IMG/VR virus record: IMGVR_UViG_3300030330_002475
Location: 1 to 25,972 of that record
Source of the DNA: a virus
Lineage: Duplodnaviria; Caudoviricetes
Length of the DNA stretch: 25,972 nucleotides
Reading direction: 5' to 3' (one strand)
Shown here in pieces: positions 9,437-15,994 of the stretch. Positions within the stretch are counted from its first letter, which is position 1; each line of letters starts with the position of its first letter. The position numbers and the translations under genes were made by a program. The notes beneath the pieces were generated by a model. The model saw only the letters and a program-made list of their open reading frames with translations. It was not told the DNA's origin and did not search any database.

Positions 9437-9703
9437 ATGTCAGAAAGTCAAAAGACAGATATAAGCAAGAAACAAGCCCACGAATTGTTAGACGCATTCG
9501 TAGAGCAATTAAGAGAATATGTACTCTATGAGGATATACATATGTATTGCGACGAACCAATACTAGAAACTGATAGTTATGGCGATGAGCTAACAGTTAC
9601 TATATGTAAGGACGAATATAATATTGATTATATAGATTTAGATATGTACATTAGAGAAGCTTTACCTGAGTACTTTAAACAAGAATCAAGTGAGGAAGAA
9701 TAA
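9437..9703 (+). CDS. Small very acidic early protein
   Basis: 88 aa, D/E/Y-rich. First gene after a TATA box; TAATG coupling to the next gene. Confidence 0.8.
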   Translation: MSESQKTDISKKQAHELLDAFVEQLREYVLYEDIHMYCDEPILETDSYGDELTVTICKDEYNIDYIDLDMYIREALPEYFKQESSEEE

Positions 9704-9951
9704 TGTCTTATAATGGATGGTCAAATAGGGAAACTTGGTTAGTTAATTTGTGGCATAATCCTGAATCTATAGAAGATGTTGATTACATTAAAGATATGTT
9801 GGAATCTGAATATTATGATATAGATGGTTTTTGGGGTGACATGATTAATTTTCATATTATAGACTGGACTCAGTTAAGACAACACTTTCAGACTGAAGCT
9901 GAGATTGAAGCTGAATTTGAAAATATGTTAAGAGCAATAAAAGGTGAATAA
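9703..9951 (+). CDS. YNGW-x-N-x-ETW family small viral protein
   Basis: N-terminal MSYNGWSNRETWLVNLW motif, which I recognise as recurrent in phage early regions. Function unknown. Confidence 0.75.
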   Translation: MSYNGWSNRETWLVNLWHNPESIEDVDYIKDMLESEYYDIDGFWGDMINFHIIDWTQLRQHFQTEAEIEAEFENMLRAIKGE

Positions 9952-10137
9952 ATGAAATATCTAACGGGAAAAGATTATAGTGATTCATGTGTTAAATGTC
10001 AAAAAGCTATAGATGATGCTCATGAACTAATTGTTATGGGTTTTGTATCTGAAGAATATATAGAAGACCCCGAAGGTCCTTCAATGTTAGCTTATGATAA
10101 AAGGTGGACGTGTGTCGATGATTGTGAGGTCGATTAA
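9952..10137 (+). CDS. Small Cys-containing (possible Zn-binding) protein
   Basis: CxxC and CxxxC motifs; SD AGGTGA. Confidence 0.7.
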   Translation: MKYLTGKDYSDSCVKCQKAIDDAHELIVMGFVSEEYIEDPEGPSMLAYDKRWTCVDDCEVD

Positions 10138-10352
10138 TGAATATAAATTATTTTGATAAATTACACGAATTATCAGGCCGAGCAATTCAGAATGAAGAAT
10201 GTAGTCCTGATACATACCTATTAGCATATGCGCTTTACTCATTAGTAGACGCGACAAGTCAAATAGAACATGCAATAGATGACACTACAAATATTCTAAA
10301 AAAGATAGAAGGCCATTTACATCATATGAATTTGGAAAGGTGGAATAAATGA
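10137..10352 (+). CDS. Small helical hypothetical protein
   Basis: TAATG coupling; SD GAGGT. Confidence 0.7.
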   Translation: MNINYFDKLHELSGRAIQNEECSPDTYLLAYALYSLVDATSQIEHAIDDTTNILKKIEGHLHHMNLERWNK

Positions 10353-10498
10353 AACATTCTAACAAGTTAAAAGCTAATTTGAAAGAGCACCAAACAGATT
10401 TTATTAAAATGCAATTTAACATATTAAAAGATAAAATAAATTATTGTCATTCAAGACTAGAACATTTAGAAGAATATATTTTAGGGGATGACGAATGA
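10349..10498 (+). CDS. 49-aa coiled-coil protein (not in ORF track)
   Basis: MKHSNKLKANLKEHQTDFIKMQFNILKDKINYCHSRLEHLEEYILGDDE. ATGA overlaps at both ends. Confidence 0.7.
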   Translation: MKHSNKLKANLKEHQTDFIKMQFNILKDKINYCHSRLEHLEEYILGDDE

Positions 10499-10569
10499 AA
10501 ATTTGTAAAGACTGTAGTAAAAGATTTATTCACCATGTTTATTTTTATCTTCATAAATGTGAGGTTTAA
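10495..10569 (+). CDS. 24-aa zinc-finger microprotein (not in ORF track)
   Basis: MKICKDCSKRFIHHVYFYLHKCEV: CxxC-x3-F...HxC pattern. ATGA overlap. Confidence 0.6.
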   Translation: MKICKDCSKRFIHHVYFYLHKCEV

Positions 10570-10570
10570 A

Positions 10571-10810
10571 ATGGGTGGTTTAATGAGTTGGGAAAGTGCT
10601 AAACGGGAATTAAAAAAGCTCTACAAAAATCCCGAAAAAGAGTTATTAAGCATAAATGATGATAGTAATTCTTATATACTAGAGTATAGATGTACTGATA
10701 TGTCAAAACAACAGACAACTAAAGAAATAGGTTATTGTGGTTGCAGTTTTTGCGAGTACAATAAAGCCAACGGTAGAAAATACAACCTACACATGAAGGT
10801 GTTAAAATGA
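10571..10810 (+). CDS. Small Cys-containing protein
   Basis: Start reassigned to ATG 10571 (SD GAGGT; 10583 is an alternative). CxCxxC motif. Confidence 0.65.
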   Translation: MGGLMSWESAKRELKKLYKNPEKELLSINDDSNSYILEYRCTDMSKQQTTKEIGYCGCSFCEYNKANGRKYNLHMKVLK

Positions 10811-11076
10811 GTATATCAGAACATGACGAAACTGGTGAGAATGTAAAACGTCATCCCGACGCGGAGCCCCGTGTAGTAGTCCCTAAAGAAATGCTAAACG
10901 GAACTATCGCGACAAGAATAGAATTAATAAGACGTAGTATAATATTCTTAACTAATGATATAAAGACAAGAGAAGATAGTAGTGAAGCTTGGGAAGTATT
11001 ACAAAAAGCCTATAGTTATCTAAGTGCAAAAGATACCATGATAAAGTATTGTGAGGATAATAATCATGTGGTGTGA
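10807..11076 (+). CDS. Hypothetical protein
   Basis: ATGA overlap; SD AGGTG; 89 aa. Confidence 0.7.
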   Translation: MSISEHDETGENVKRHPDAEPRVVVPKEMLNGTIATRIELIRRSIIFLTNDIKTREDSSEAWEVLQKAYSYLSAKDTMIKYCEDNNHVV

Positions 11077-11149
11077 ATGGTGTCATGTAGAGACTAGTCA
11101 AAAGACAGTAGCATTCTGTGATAAATGCTGGGAGAATGCAAACTTTTAG
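11066..11149 (+). CDS. 27-aa C4 zinc-finger microprotein (not in ORF track)
   Basis: MWCEWCHVETSQKTVAFCDKCWENANF: CxxC...CxxC. SD GAGGA upstream. Confidence 0.65.
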   Translation: MWCEWCHVETSQKTVAFCDKCWENANF

Positions 11150-11221
11150 AATAAGAATAAATCGTTTCGGTATAGATAAGCCCTGTTAGACCTCGCACAC
11201 GCGCGTACCATAACGGGGCCC

Positions 11222-11235
11222 CTATATATACTTAT
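11222..11235 (-). promoter_or_regulatory. ATAAGTATATATAG promoter motif with no downstream ORF
   Basis: Exact 14-mer shared with the promoters at 11615-11633 (-) and 12998-13016 (+). Confidence 0.55.
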
Positions 11236-11306
11236 CTATGCTACCCATAATTGGGTGGGGCTACTCAAAAGCGAGTAGAATATAGAAAATGCTGAGGGTT
11301 AAATAA

Positions 11307-11378
11307 TCATCCTCTTATGGCCTTTCGGCCTTTTATCACCTCCTTAGGTAGTTCCCTTGTGATTCCTTCCCCGCGCAT
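11307..11378 (-). CDS. Possible 23-aa basic micropeptide
   Basis: MRGEGITRELPKEVIKGRKAIRG, TGATG-coupled to the 11378-11593 gene. Confidence 0.35.
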   Translation of the reverse strand: MRGEGITRELPKEVIKGRKAIRG

Positions 11379-11593
11379 CAGTCCATGTCCTCCGTAGGAA
11401 TTTTCCCGTATAGGTACTTTTTGTTTTCGATGCAGTCTTTTAGATGTTCGTAAACTCTTTCTACTGAGTAGTTGTAGTTCAACAGTACATCTATTTTCCA
11501 GCGCATTATAGTTCCACTATGTCCTTTCCTATCTAGGAACTGAATCATATCAACTAAGATATCTTCAATTCCATTTAGTCTGTTGTTTTCCAT
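11378..11593 (-). CDS. Hypothetical protein, leaderless
   Basis: 71 aa. ATG lies 21 nt after the CAGGCATAAGTATATATAG promoter motif. Confidence 0.75.
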   Translation of the reverse strand: MENNRLNGIEDILVDMIQFLDRKGHSGTIMRWKIDVLLNYNYSVERVYEHLKDCIENKKYLYGKIPTEDMD

Positions 11594-11614
11594 GCTATAC
11601 CCAGATATAGCACC

Positions 11615-11633
11615 CTATATATACTTATGCCTG
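11615..11633 (-). promoter_or_regulatory. Early promoter CAGGCATAAGTATATATAG
   Basis: Identical 19-mer at 12998-13016 on the + strand. Both copies sit 20-21 nt before an ATG. Confidence 0.8.
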
Positions 11634-11761
11634 GCACTAGAATAGCCAAACTGCAAGGGTTAAATAACGTGTCTTTAGTCGACAAATGAAGCCTTCCAAG
11701 CCTGTTAGCCCCATAGACTACCCTATATAATATATTACTCTCTATGCATTTACAAGCATAC

Positions 11762-11769
11762 TTTTATAA
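11762..11769 (+). promoter_or_regulatory. TATA box (TTTTATAA)
   Basis: 22-29 nt upstream of aagtATG 11791. Confidence 0.65.
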
Positions 11770-11790
11770 GCACAGCCCTATTGCTTAAGT

Positions 11791-12009
11791 ATGGACAACA
11801 ACCGAACCATACAAGAAATAGAAAGCCAGATTGTCGAATTACACAGGCAAGCATTAAACAGAATGAACGACAGATATGACGAGTTTGACTCTATAGACGA
11901 CGACTACCCAGACGGACCTATAGGTGACCCTGAGAGCCTGACAAACGAAGCTATGGTTAGAGCTTATAGTAATGCGTTAAACATCATAAGAAAGCTAAAG
12001 GTGGACTAA
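11791..12009 (+). CDS. Small acidic helical protein
   Basis: 72 aa, leaderless start. Confidence 0.75.
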   Translation: MDNNRTIQEIESQIVELHRQALNRMNDRYDEFDSIDDDYPDGPIGDPESLTNEAMVRAYSNALNIIRKLKVD

Positions 12010-12011
12010 AA

Positions 12012-12173
12012 ATGATGACAAGAAAACACTTTGTATATATTGCTAAGATACTTAGTAAACATAATGCTAGTAGAGAGTTAATACATGACTTCGAGATTAT
12101 GTGTGTAAGTGATAATCTAAACTTTGATTCTGAGAAGTTTAGAGAAGCAGCAGGGTGGGAAGATGCAAACTAA
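12012..12173 (+). CDS. MTRK-x-(F/Y)...DN-x-x-FD-x-x-(K/R)F family small viral protein (not in ORF track)
   Basis: MMTRKHFVYIAKILSKH...SDNLNFDSEKFREAAG, a motif I recognise as recurrent in phage early regions. SD GGTGG. Confidence 0.75.
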   Translation: MMTRKHFVYIAKILSKHNASRELIHDFEIMCVSDNLNFDSEKFREAAGWEDAN

Positions 12174-12234
12174 ATTTTTAACAGTAAAAGAGTATAATGC
12201 TTTTGTCATGTTAGGATATGAGGAGAATCTCTAA
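12163..12234 (+). CDS. 23-aa micropeptide
   Basis: MQTKFLTVKEYNAFVMLGYEENL. GGGTGG SD; TAATG coupling to the next gene. Confidence 0.45.
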   Translation: MQTKFLTVKEYNAFVMLGYEENL

Positions 12235-12878
12235 TGGCCCGTAAAAATTGGACAGATAAAGAGACTAAGATATTGAGAGAGTTATTTCACAATAATATAA
12301 AAATGGAGACAATCATGAAAATACTAGGTAGAAGTAAAGCCTCAATAAATGCGAGATGTAGAAAGTTAAAAATCAAAAGAAATAAAGTAGTAGATAGTAA
12401 ATTGCCTTTTACAGATAAAACAAATAGAAAGCATTTTGCTAATCAAAGCAATTTAGTAATAGGTGGAATAAGTGAATGGTCAGTATTCATTAGTTTAGAG
12501 CAAAGAGGCTGGGGCGTCTTTAAACCCATTATAGAAGGTAATAGAACCGATTGTATCATAAAACATTATGAGACAGGTAAAACCTATAAGATACAAATCA
12601 AAACAGGTACATACTCACAAAGATATGATTGCTTTCACACTCAACTAAAAACTAGCGATGCATGGAAAGCAGAAAAATATAATAAAGAAGATTTACACTT
12701 TTTTATTGTTAGGCTTGATAAAATGAATGTGCATTATATTATACCTTTTGAAGATTCGTTAAGAATGCCTACAAGGCCAACACTAACACCACATAGAAGA
12801 AAACAAGTTAAGAGGTCAAGATATAATCATTTAGATACGGAACAATACAAAGATAAATGGGAGTTGATTAAAGCTTAA
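12234..12878 (+). CDS. HTH (Myb/GcrA-like) plus PD-(D/E)XK endonuclease, homing-endonuclease-like
   Basis: N-terminal WTDKETKIL...LGRSKASINAR. Nuclease core GGISE...GWGVFKP...RTDCII...KIQIKT resembles I-Ssp6803I-type enzymes. Confidence 0.75.
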   Translation: MARKNWTDKETKILRELFHNNIKMETIMKILGRSKASINARCRKLKIKRNKVVDSKLPFTDKTNRKHFANQSNLVIGGISEWSVFISLEQRGWGVFKPIIEGNRTDCIIKHYETGKTYKIQIKTGTYSQRYDCFHTQLKTSDAWKAEKYNKEDLHFFIVRLDKMNVHYIIPFEDSLRMPTRPTLTPHRRKQVKRSRYNHLDTEQYKDKWELIKA

Positions 12879-12997
12879 ACGGTTGGTATCCATGAAGCTG
12901 GGCAACTTCTAAAACTGCCTAGTATGATATATATTTATATAATCATCCACTCATACAACAGCATATGCCTATATAAGCTTATGCATAGCACTACTAA

Positions 12998-13016
12998 CAG
13001 GCATAAGTATATATAG
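12998..13016 (+). promoter_or_regulatory. Early promoter CAGGCATAAGTATATATAG
   Basis: Identical to 11615-11633 (-). 20 nt before ATG 13037. Confidence 0.8.
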
Positions 13017-13036
13017 CAATACATATTTAGAGCTAT

Positions 13037-13180
13037 ATGGAACCATACGAAGTGGAATCATTTATCGCCGAGCTAGACGCAAAAGTGTCTGAATTATTGA
13101 CTGATAAGGAATTACTCCTTGAGGCAGTAACAGAAGGTATCGAGGTCATGAGAGACCTAAGAGACCAGCTCGAAGGATAA
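13037..13180 (+). CDS. 47-aa acidic helical protein (not in ORF track)
   Basis: MEPYEVESFIAELDAKVSELLTDKELLLEAVTEGIEVMRDLRDQLEG, with its own promoter and terminator. Confidence 0.75.
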   Translation: MEPYEVESFIAELDAKVSELLTDKELLLEAVTEGIEVMRDLRDQLEG

Positions 13181-13198
13181 ACAGCTCGGAAAACGTCC

Positions 13199-13227
13199 GC
13201 CAGAACGAAATCTGGCACTATTTTTTT
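13199..13227 (+). terminator. Hairpin plus T7 tract terminator
   Basis: GCCAGA-ACGAAA-TCTGGC followed by TTTTTTT (13221-13227). Confidence 0.6.
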
Positions 13228-13302
13228 ACCCCCCCCAAACCATGTAATAGGGTACCCCGTTTTCTACAGGGGGTAGGTAGTCTATAAATTTTTTATATTT
13301 TT
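13228..13302. other. Candidate packaging signal/genome end
   Basis: C8 run, GGGTACCC palindrome, TACCCC...GGGGTA inverted pair and T-tracts, upstream of the TerS operon and at a composition switch. Confidence 0.4.
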
Positions 13303-13310
13303 CTACCAAC

Positions 13311-13321
13311 AAGTATATAAG
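13311..13321 (+). promoter_or_regulatory. TATA box (AAGTATATAAG) of packaging operon
   Basis: TATATAA 23-29 nt upstream of ATG 13343. Confidence 0.65.
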
Positions 13322-13342
13322 GAGGTACATATTGTGTGATAT

Positions 13343-13753
13343 ATGACAAACAAGTCAAGTGAAGCTACCAGGTACATGATACAGGTAGGAACGAATAGAT
13401 TTAGGCGAGATACATGGGAAGCCATGAAGGACATATGTGCAATAGAGGGTACACGATTGGCAGATGAGATATGGGCAGCTTTGGACATGCATGTGAAGAC
13501 TTATGCAATAAGCCAGAAGAATGCTTTGGTAGGTGATGGCAGGGTAATGATGGATAGGCCGATGGAGACAGCTCCAGAGGGTCACGGCAATATTTTTGAC
13601 AATGTTGTGGACAAGGTAGTTAAAGAGGCGCACGATGATGTGATAGAGGAGGTAGTGAATGAAGAAGAAGACACAGGACGTACCGACCACGGAAGAGTGG
13701 CTAGCAGCAATATGTTTGGAAGTTACAAACCATCTAAAGACAGAAAATGGTAA
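13343..13753 (+). CDS. Possible ribbon-helix-helix DNA-binding protein with acidic tail
   Basis: Strand-helix-helix pattern RYMIQV...DTWEAMKDICAIEGTRLADEIWAALDMHV. Confidence 0.5.
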   Translation: MTNKSSEATRYMIQVGTNRFRRDTWEAMKDICAIEGTRLADEIWAALDMHVKTYAISQKNALVGDGRVMMDRPMETAPEGHGNIFDNVVDKVVKEAHDDVIEEVVNEEEDTGRTDHGRVASSNMFGSYKPSKDRKW

Positions 13754-14250
13754 AGGAAGGTAAGAGTTATACAACAGAGGACAAGCAGGAGGCGATGGGT
13801 TTGTACTTACGCGGGTATGGCAACACAGACATAGCTAGAAAGATGAACAAGCGTTACAAGTATAACTTAACAGCTAAGACGATAAGTCGTTGGGCTGCTA
13901 AGGGTGGTTGGGATGAGTATCGCAATCAGGTTGAGATAGATTTGATAGAGCATACGAAGAAGACGGTTGTTGGAGATATGGCAAAAAACATGCATGAGTT
14001 AGAGGAGGCTCGTCAGACGTTTATGAGTAATTTGCGTGATGGCAGGGCAGAGATACGCGGGCATGAGTTTGTTAAGATGACAGAGGTTTTGGGTAAGTTA
14101 CAGGATTTTGAGCGTGACAAGGAGGAGATGATAGGTCGGATAAATGGTTGCATACAGGGTGCATTGAAGGATGTGGACATGGACAAGCGGTTGAGTCAGA
14201 AGTTTTTGCGAGCTTACATTGCTAGGTTGCGAGGAGATAATGATGAGTAA
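13747..14250 (+). CDS. terS: Terminase small subunit
   Basis: N-terminal HTH YTTEDKQEAMGLYLRG...DIARK...TISRWAAKGGW followed by helical oligomerisation segments. Upstream of TerL in the same operon. Confidence 0.65.
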   Translation: MVKEGKSYTTEDKQEAMGLYLRGYGNTDIARKMNKRYKYNLTAKTISRWAAKGGWDEYRNQVEIDLIEHTKKTVVGDMAKNMHELEEARQTFMSNLRDGRAEIRGHEFVKMTEVLGKLQDFERDKEEMIGRINGCIQGALKDVDMDKRLSQKFLRAYIARLRGDNDE

Positions 14251-14497
14251 GAGAAATGGATTGAGTGATGGATTTGTAGCAGGTAAGCGTAATCACACGT
14301 TTACGCAGGCAGATATAGATAGAGAAATCAGATATATGGACATACGTGCATATTGTTTGAAGAAGATGAAGAACACGCAGGAGTTTAGAGACAAACACTG
14401 GCAGGTTAACGATGAGAACTTGAAGGTATATATGCAGGGTATTTTTGATGCTTGCGATGACTTTCTTGGTTGGATGGAGGGCCGCATAGACCAATGA
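14240..14497 (+). CDS. Hypothetical protein
   Basis: Start reassigned to ATG 14240 (SD GAGGAG). Confidence 0.7.
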   Translation: MMSKRNGLSDGFVAGKRNHTFTQADIDREIRYMDIRAYCLKKMKNTQEFRDKHWQVNDENLKVYMQGIFDACDDFLGWMEGRIDQ

Positions 14498-14688
14498 GTA
14501 ACTATGACGGTTGGACCGTTGTGTTGCATGAGATGATGATACACATACAGAAGTTTGTGGATGATAATCCTATGGAGTATGATGGTAAGGAGCTTAAGGC
14601 ATATACGACTGCGTTAGGTATGGTGAGTGTATTGGCAAAGCAGATGATAGAAGACATACAGAGGGAAAAAGCTGATGTGGAGGTGTAA
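14494..14688 (+). CDS. Small helical hypothetical protein
   Basis: ATGA overlap at 14494; SD GGAGGG. Confidence 0.7.
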   Translation: MSNYDGWTVVLHEMMIHIQKFVDDNPMEYDGKELKAYTTALGMVSVLAKQMIEDIQREKADVEV

Positions 14689-14764
14689 GGCTTGTGGGAT
14701 GATTATAACTCCAGTGGATGTAGAGGACTTTGGTAGCTTTTGCAAGGAGTGTCGCAATGAGTAG
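14675..14764 (+). CDS. 29-aa C4 zinc-finger microprotein (not in ORF track)
   Basis: MWRCKACGMIITPVDVEDFGSFCKECRNE. Confidence 0.65.
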   Translation: MWRCKACGMIITPVDVEDFGSFCKECRNE

Positions 14765-14858
14765 TGTGGTTGTTTTGTTATTGATGTTTGTATCGTTTGT
14801 GGCTGGCTTTTGGCTAGGCGTAGAATCTTACAGAGACATGTTAAGGAAGAAGTTATGA
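14757..14858 (+). CDS. 33-aa single-pass membrane peptide (not in ORF track)
   Basis: MSSVVVLLLMFVSFVAGFWLGVESYRDMLRKKL. SD AGGAG; ATGA overlap at the end. Confidence 0.65.
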   Translation: MSSVVVLLLMFVSFVAGFWLGVESYRDMLRKKL

Positions 14859-14995
14859 GAAAGCGTCATGTTGCTAGTGAGGTACATCATATGACGATGT
14901 GTGGTCATGAGACAACTTATCAGGAGTATGAGAAGATGAAGAAGCGAGATTTGAAGCATGTGAATTGCAAGAAGTGTTTGGAGCTGTTAAAATGA
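14855..14995 (+). CDS. H/C zinc-binding small protein (H..TxCG..VxCxxC)
   Basis: Start 14855 by ATGA overlap. Motif shared with 15496-15660. Confidence 0.7.
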   Translation: MRKRHVASEVHHMTMCGHETTYQEYEKMKKRDLKHVNCKKCLELLK

Positions 14996-15321
14996 AGGAG
15001 TGGTTTGACACGTTGGAGAGTACTAAGAAGATGGTTGTAAATTATCTTAGAGATTATCCACACACGCGTGACAGCGATAAAGAGCTGTTTTTCATGATAC
15101 TGAGGGATTACTATCGCGCAATACCTGTAGAGCAAAGAAGCCAGCGAGAAGAGAGTTTTTTGAGTGATTTGTATTTGCTTGTCAAGTATGCGCCAGATAA
15201 AGGTACAGTAAGTCGCATGCGTAGAAGGATACAGCATGATGACGGAGTTTTTTTGCCTACGCCTGAGGTAGCAGAGATACGCGACAGTATGGAGCAGAAG
15301 TTCAAGGAGTGGAGCAAATGA
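14992..15321 (+). CDS. Hypothetical protein (P-x-TRDSD...RxRRxIQ motif)
   Basis: ATGA overlap at 14992. YPHTRDSDKEL and TVSRMRRRIQ look like a winged-helix-like phage protein. Confidence 0.7.
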   Translation: MKEWFDTLESTKKMVVNYLRDYPHTRDSDKELFFMILRDYYRAIPVEQRSQREESFLSDLYLLVKYAPDKGTVSRMRRRIQHDDGVFLPTPEVAEIRDSMEQKFKEWSK

Positions 15322-15503
15322 GATGGAAGTTTAGCTGTTTTGTTTGCGGTGAGACATGGCAAGAGGAGCACAAGAGTTTACACAAAGAGGATTTTATATT
15401 TAGTGAAAAGAAAGAAGGACGTCCTATGTTAGACTGTTATAAGTGTAAGATGCACAAGATATATACACCGTTGATGGGGGAGTTAGTTGGTAATCGTGGG
15501 TGA
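15318..15503 (+). CDS. Zinc-ribbon protein
   Basis: CFVCG...CYKC; ATGA overlap at 15318. Confidence 0.7.
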   Translation: MRWKFSCFVCGETWQEEHKSLHKEDFIFSEKKEGRPMLDCYKCKMHKIYTPLMGELVGNRG

Positions 15504-15660
15504 TTATAGAGATAAGATAATTCACAAGTACAAGGGTCAATCGTTTTGGACTTTGTGCGGTCGTTTTGTTGATGCAAACGAGGGTTTGATGAAAGTAGAG
15601 GCAACTGACAAGGACCATGAGGTAAATTGTTTGGCTTGCAGGAGGTATATAGATGAATAA
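15496..15660 (+). CDS. H/C zinc-binding small protein (not in ORF track)
   Basis: GTG start. IIHKY...TLCGR...VNCLAC. Fills the gap between its neighbours. Confidence 0.65.
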   Translation: MGDYRDKIIHKYKGQSFWTLCGRFVDANEGLMKVEATDKDHEVNCLACRRYIDE

Positions 15661-15994
15661 ACAAGAGCAGAGAAACAAAATAAGTAGAATGCTGCGAACG
15701 AGTAACAGGAATCGCAACGTATTGCGTTGGGGTAAGGGTGAGACTAGAAATCATATATACACTAAGTTTGAGATATGTATGCAGTTGAAGGAATGGGGTC
15801 ATGAGTTTTACACTGAGGCTATTTTTGAGCCGTCGGGATTGCGTGCAGATGTCATAGATGCTGATACGGGAGTGGTGTATGAGGTGCATAATACAGAGCC
15901 GACTGACAGTTTGGTACGTAAGGCACAGAACTATCCGCTAGAGGTGCGTTTTGTGGACGCAAACATAGATTTTGAGGAGAAGATGTTGCTATGA
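15653..15994 (+). CDS. Minimal PD-(D/E)XK-fold protein (CoiA-like)
   Basis: ETRNH...K, YTEA, RADV, VYEV motifs; SD GGAGGT. Confidence 0.6.
   Translation: MNKQEQRNKISRMLRTSNRNRNVLRWGKGETRNHIYTKFEICMQLKEWGHEFYTEAIFEPSGLRADVIDADTGVVYEVHNTEPTDSLVRKAQNYPLEVRFVDANIDFEEKMLL

Noticed and set aside
11335-11346. 16S rRNA gene fragment
   Set aside because: Only 12 nt match with no other rRNA sequence around it. Kept only as an anti-SD motif.
11220-13016. Mini-CRISPR array from the repeated ATAAGTATATATAG motif
   Set aside because: Copies are on opposite strands, irregularly spaced, and positioned as TATA promoters before start codons.
14709-14718. Third ORB-like core CTCCAGTGGA
   Set aside because: It lies inside a coding microprotein (T-P-V-D codons), lacks the AAA..AAGG tail and has no partner or AT-rich flank.
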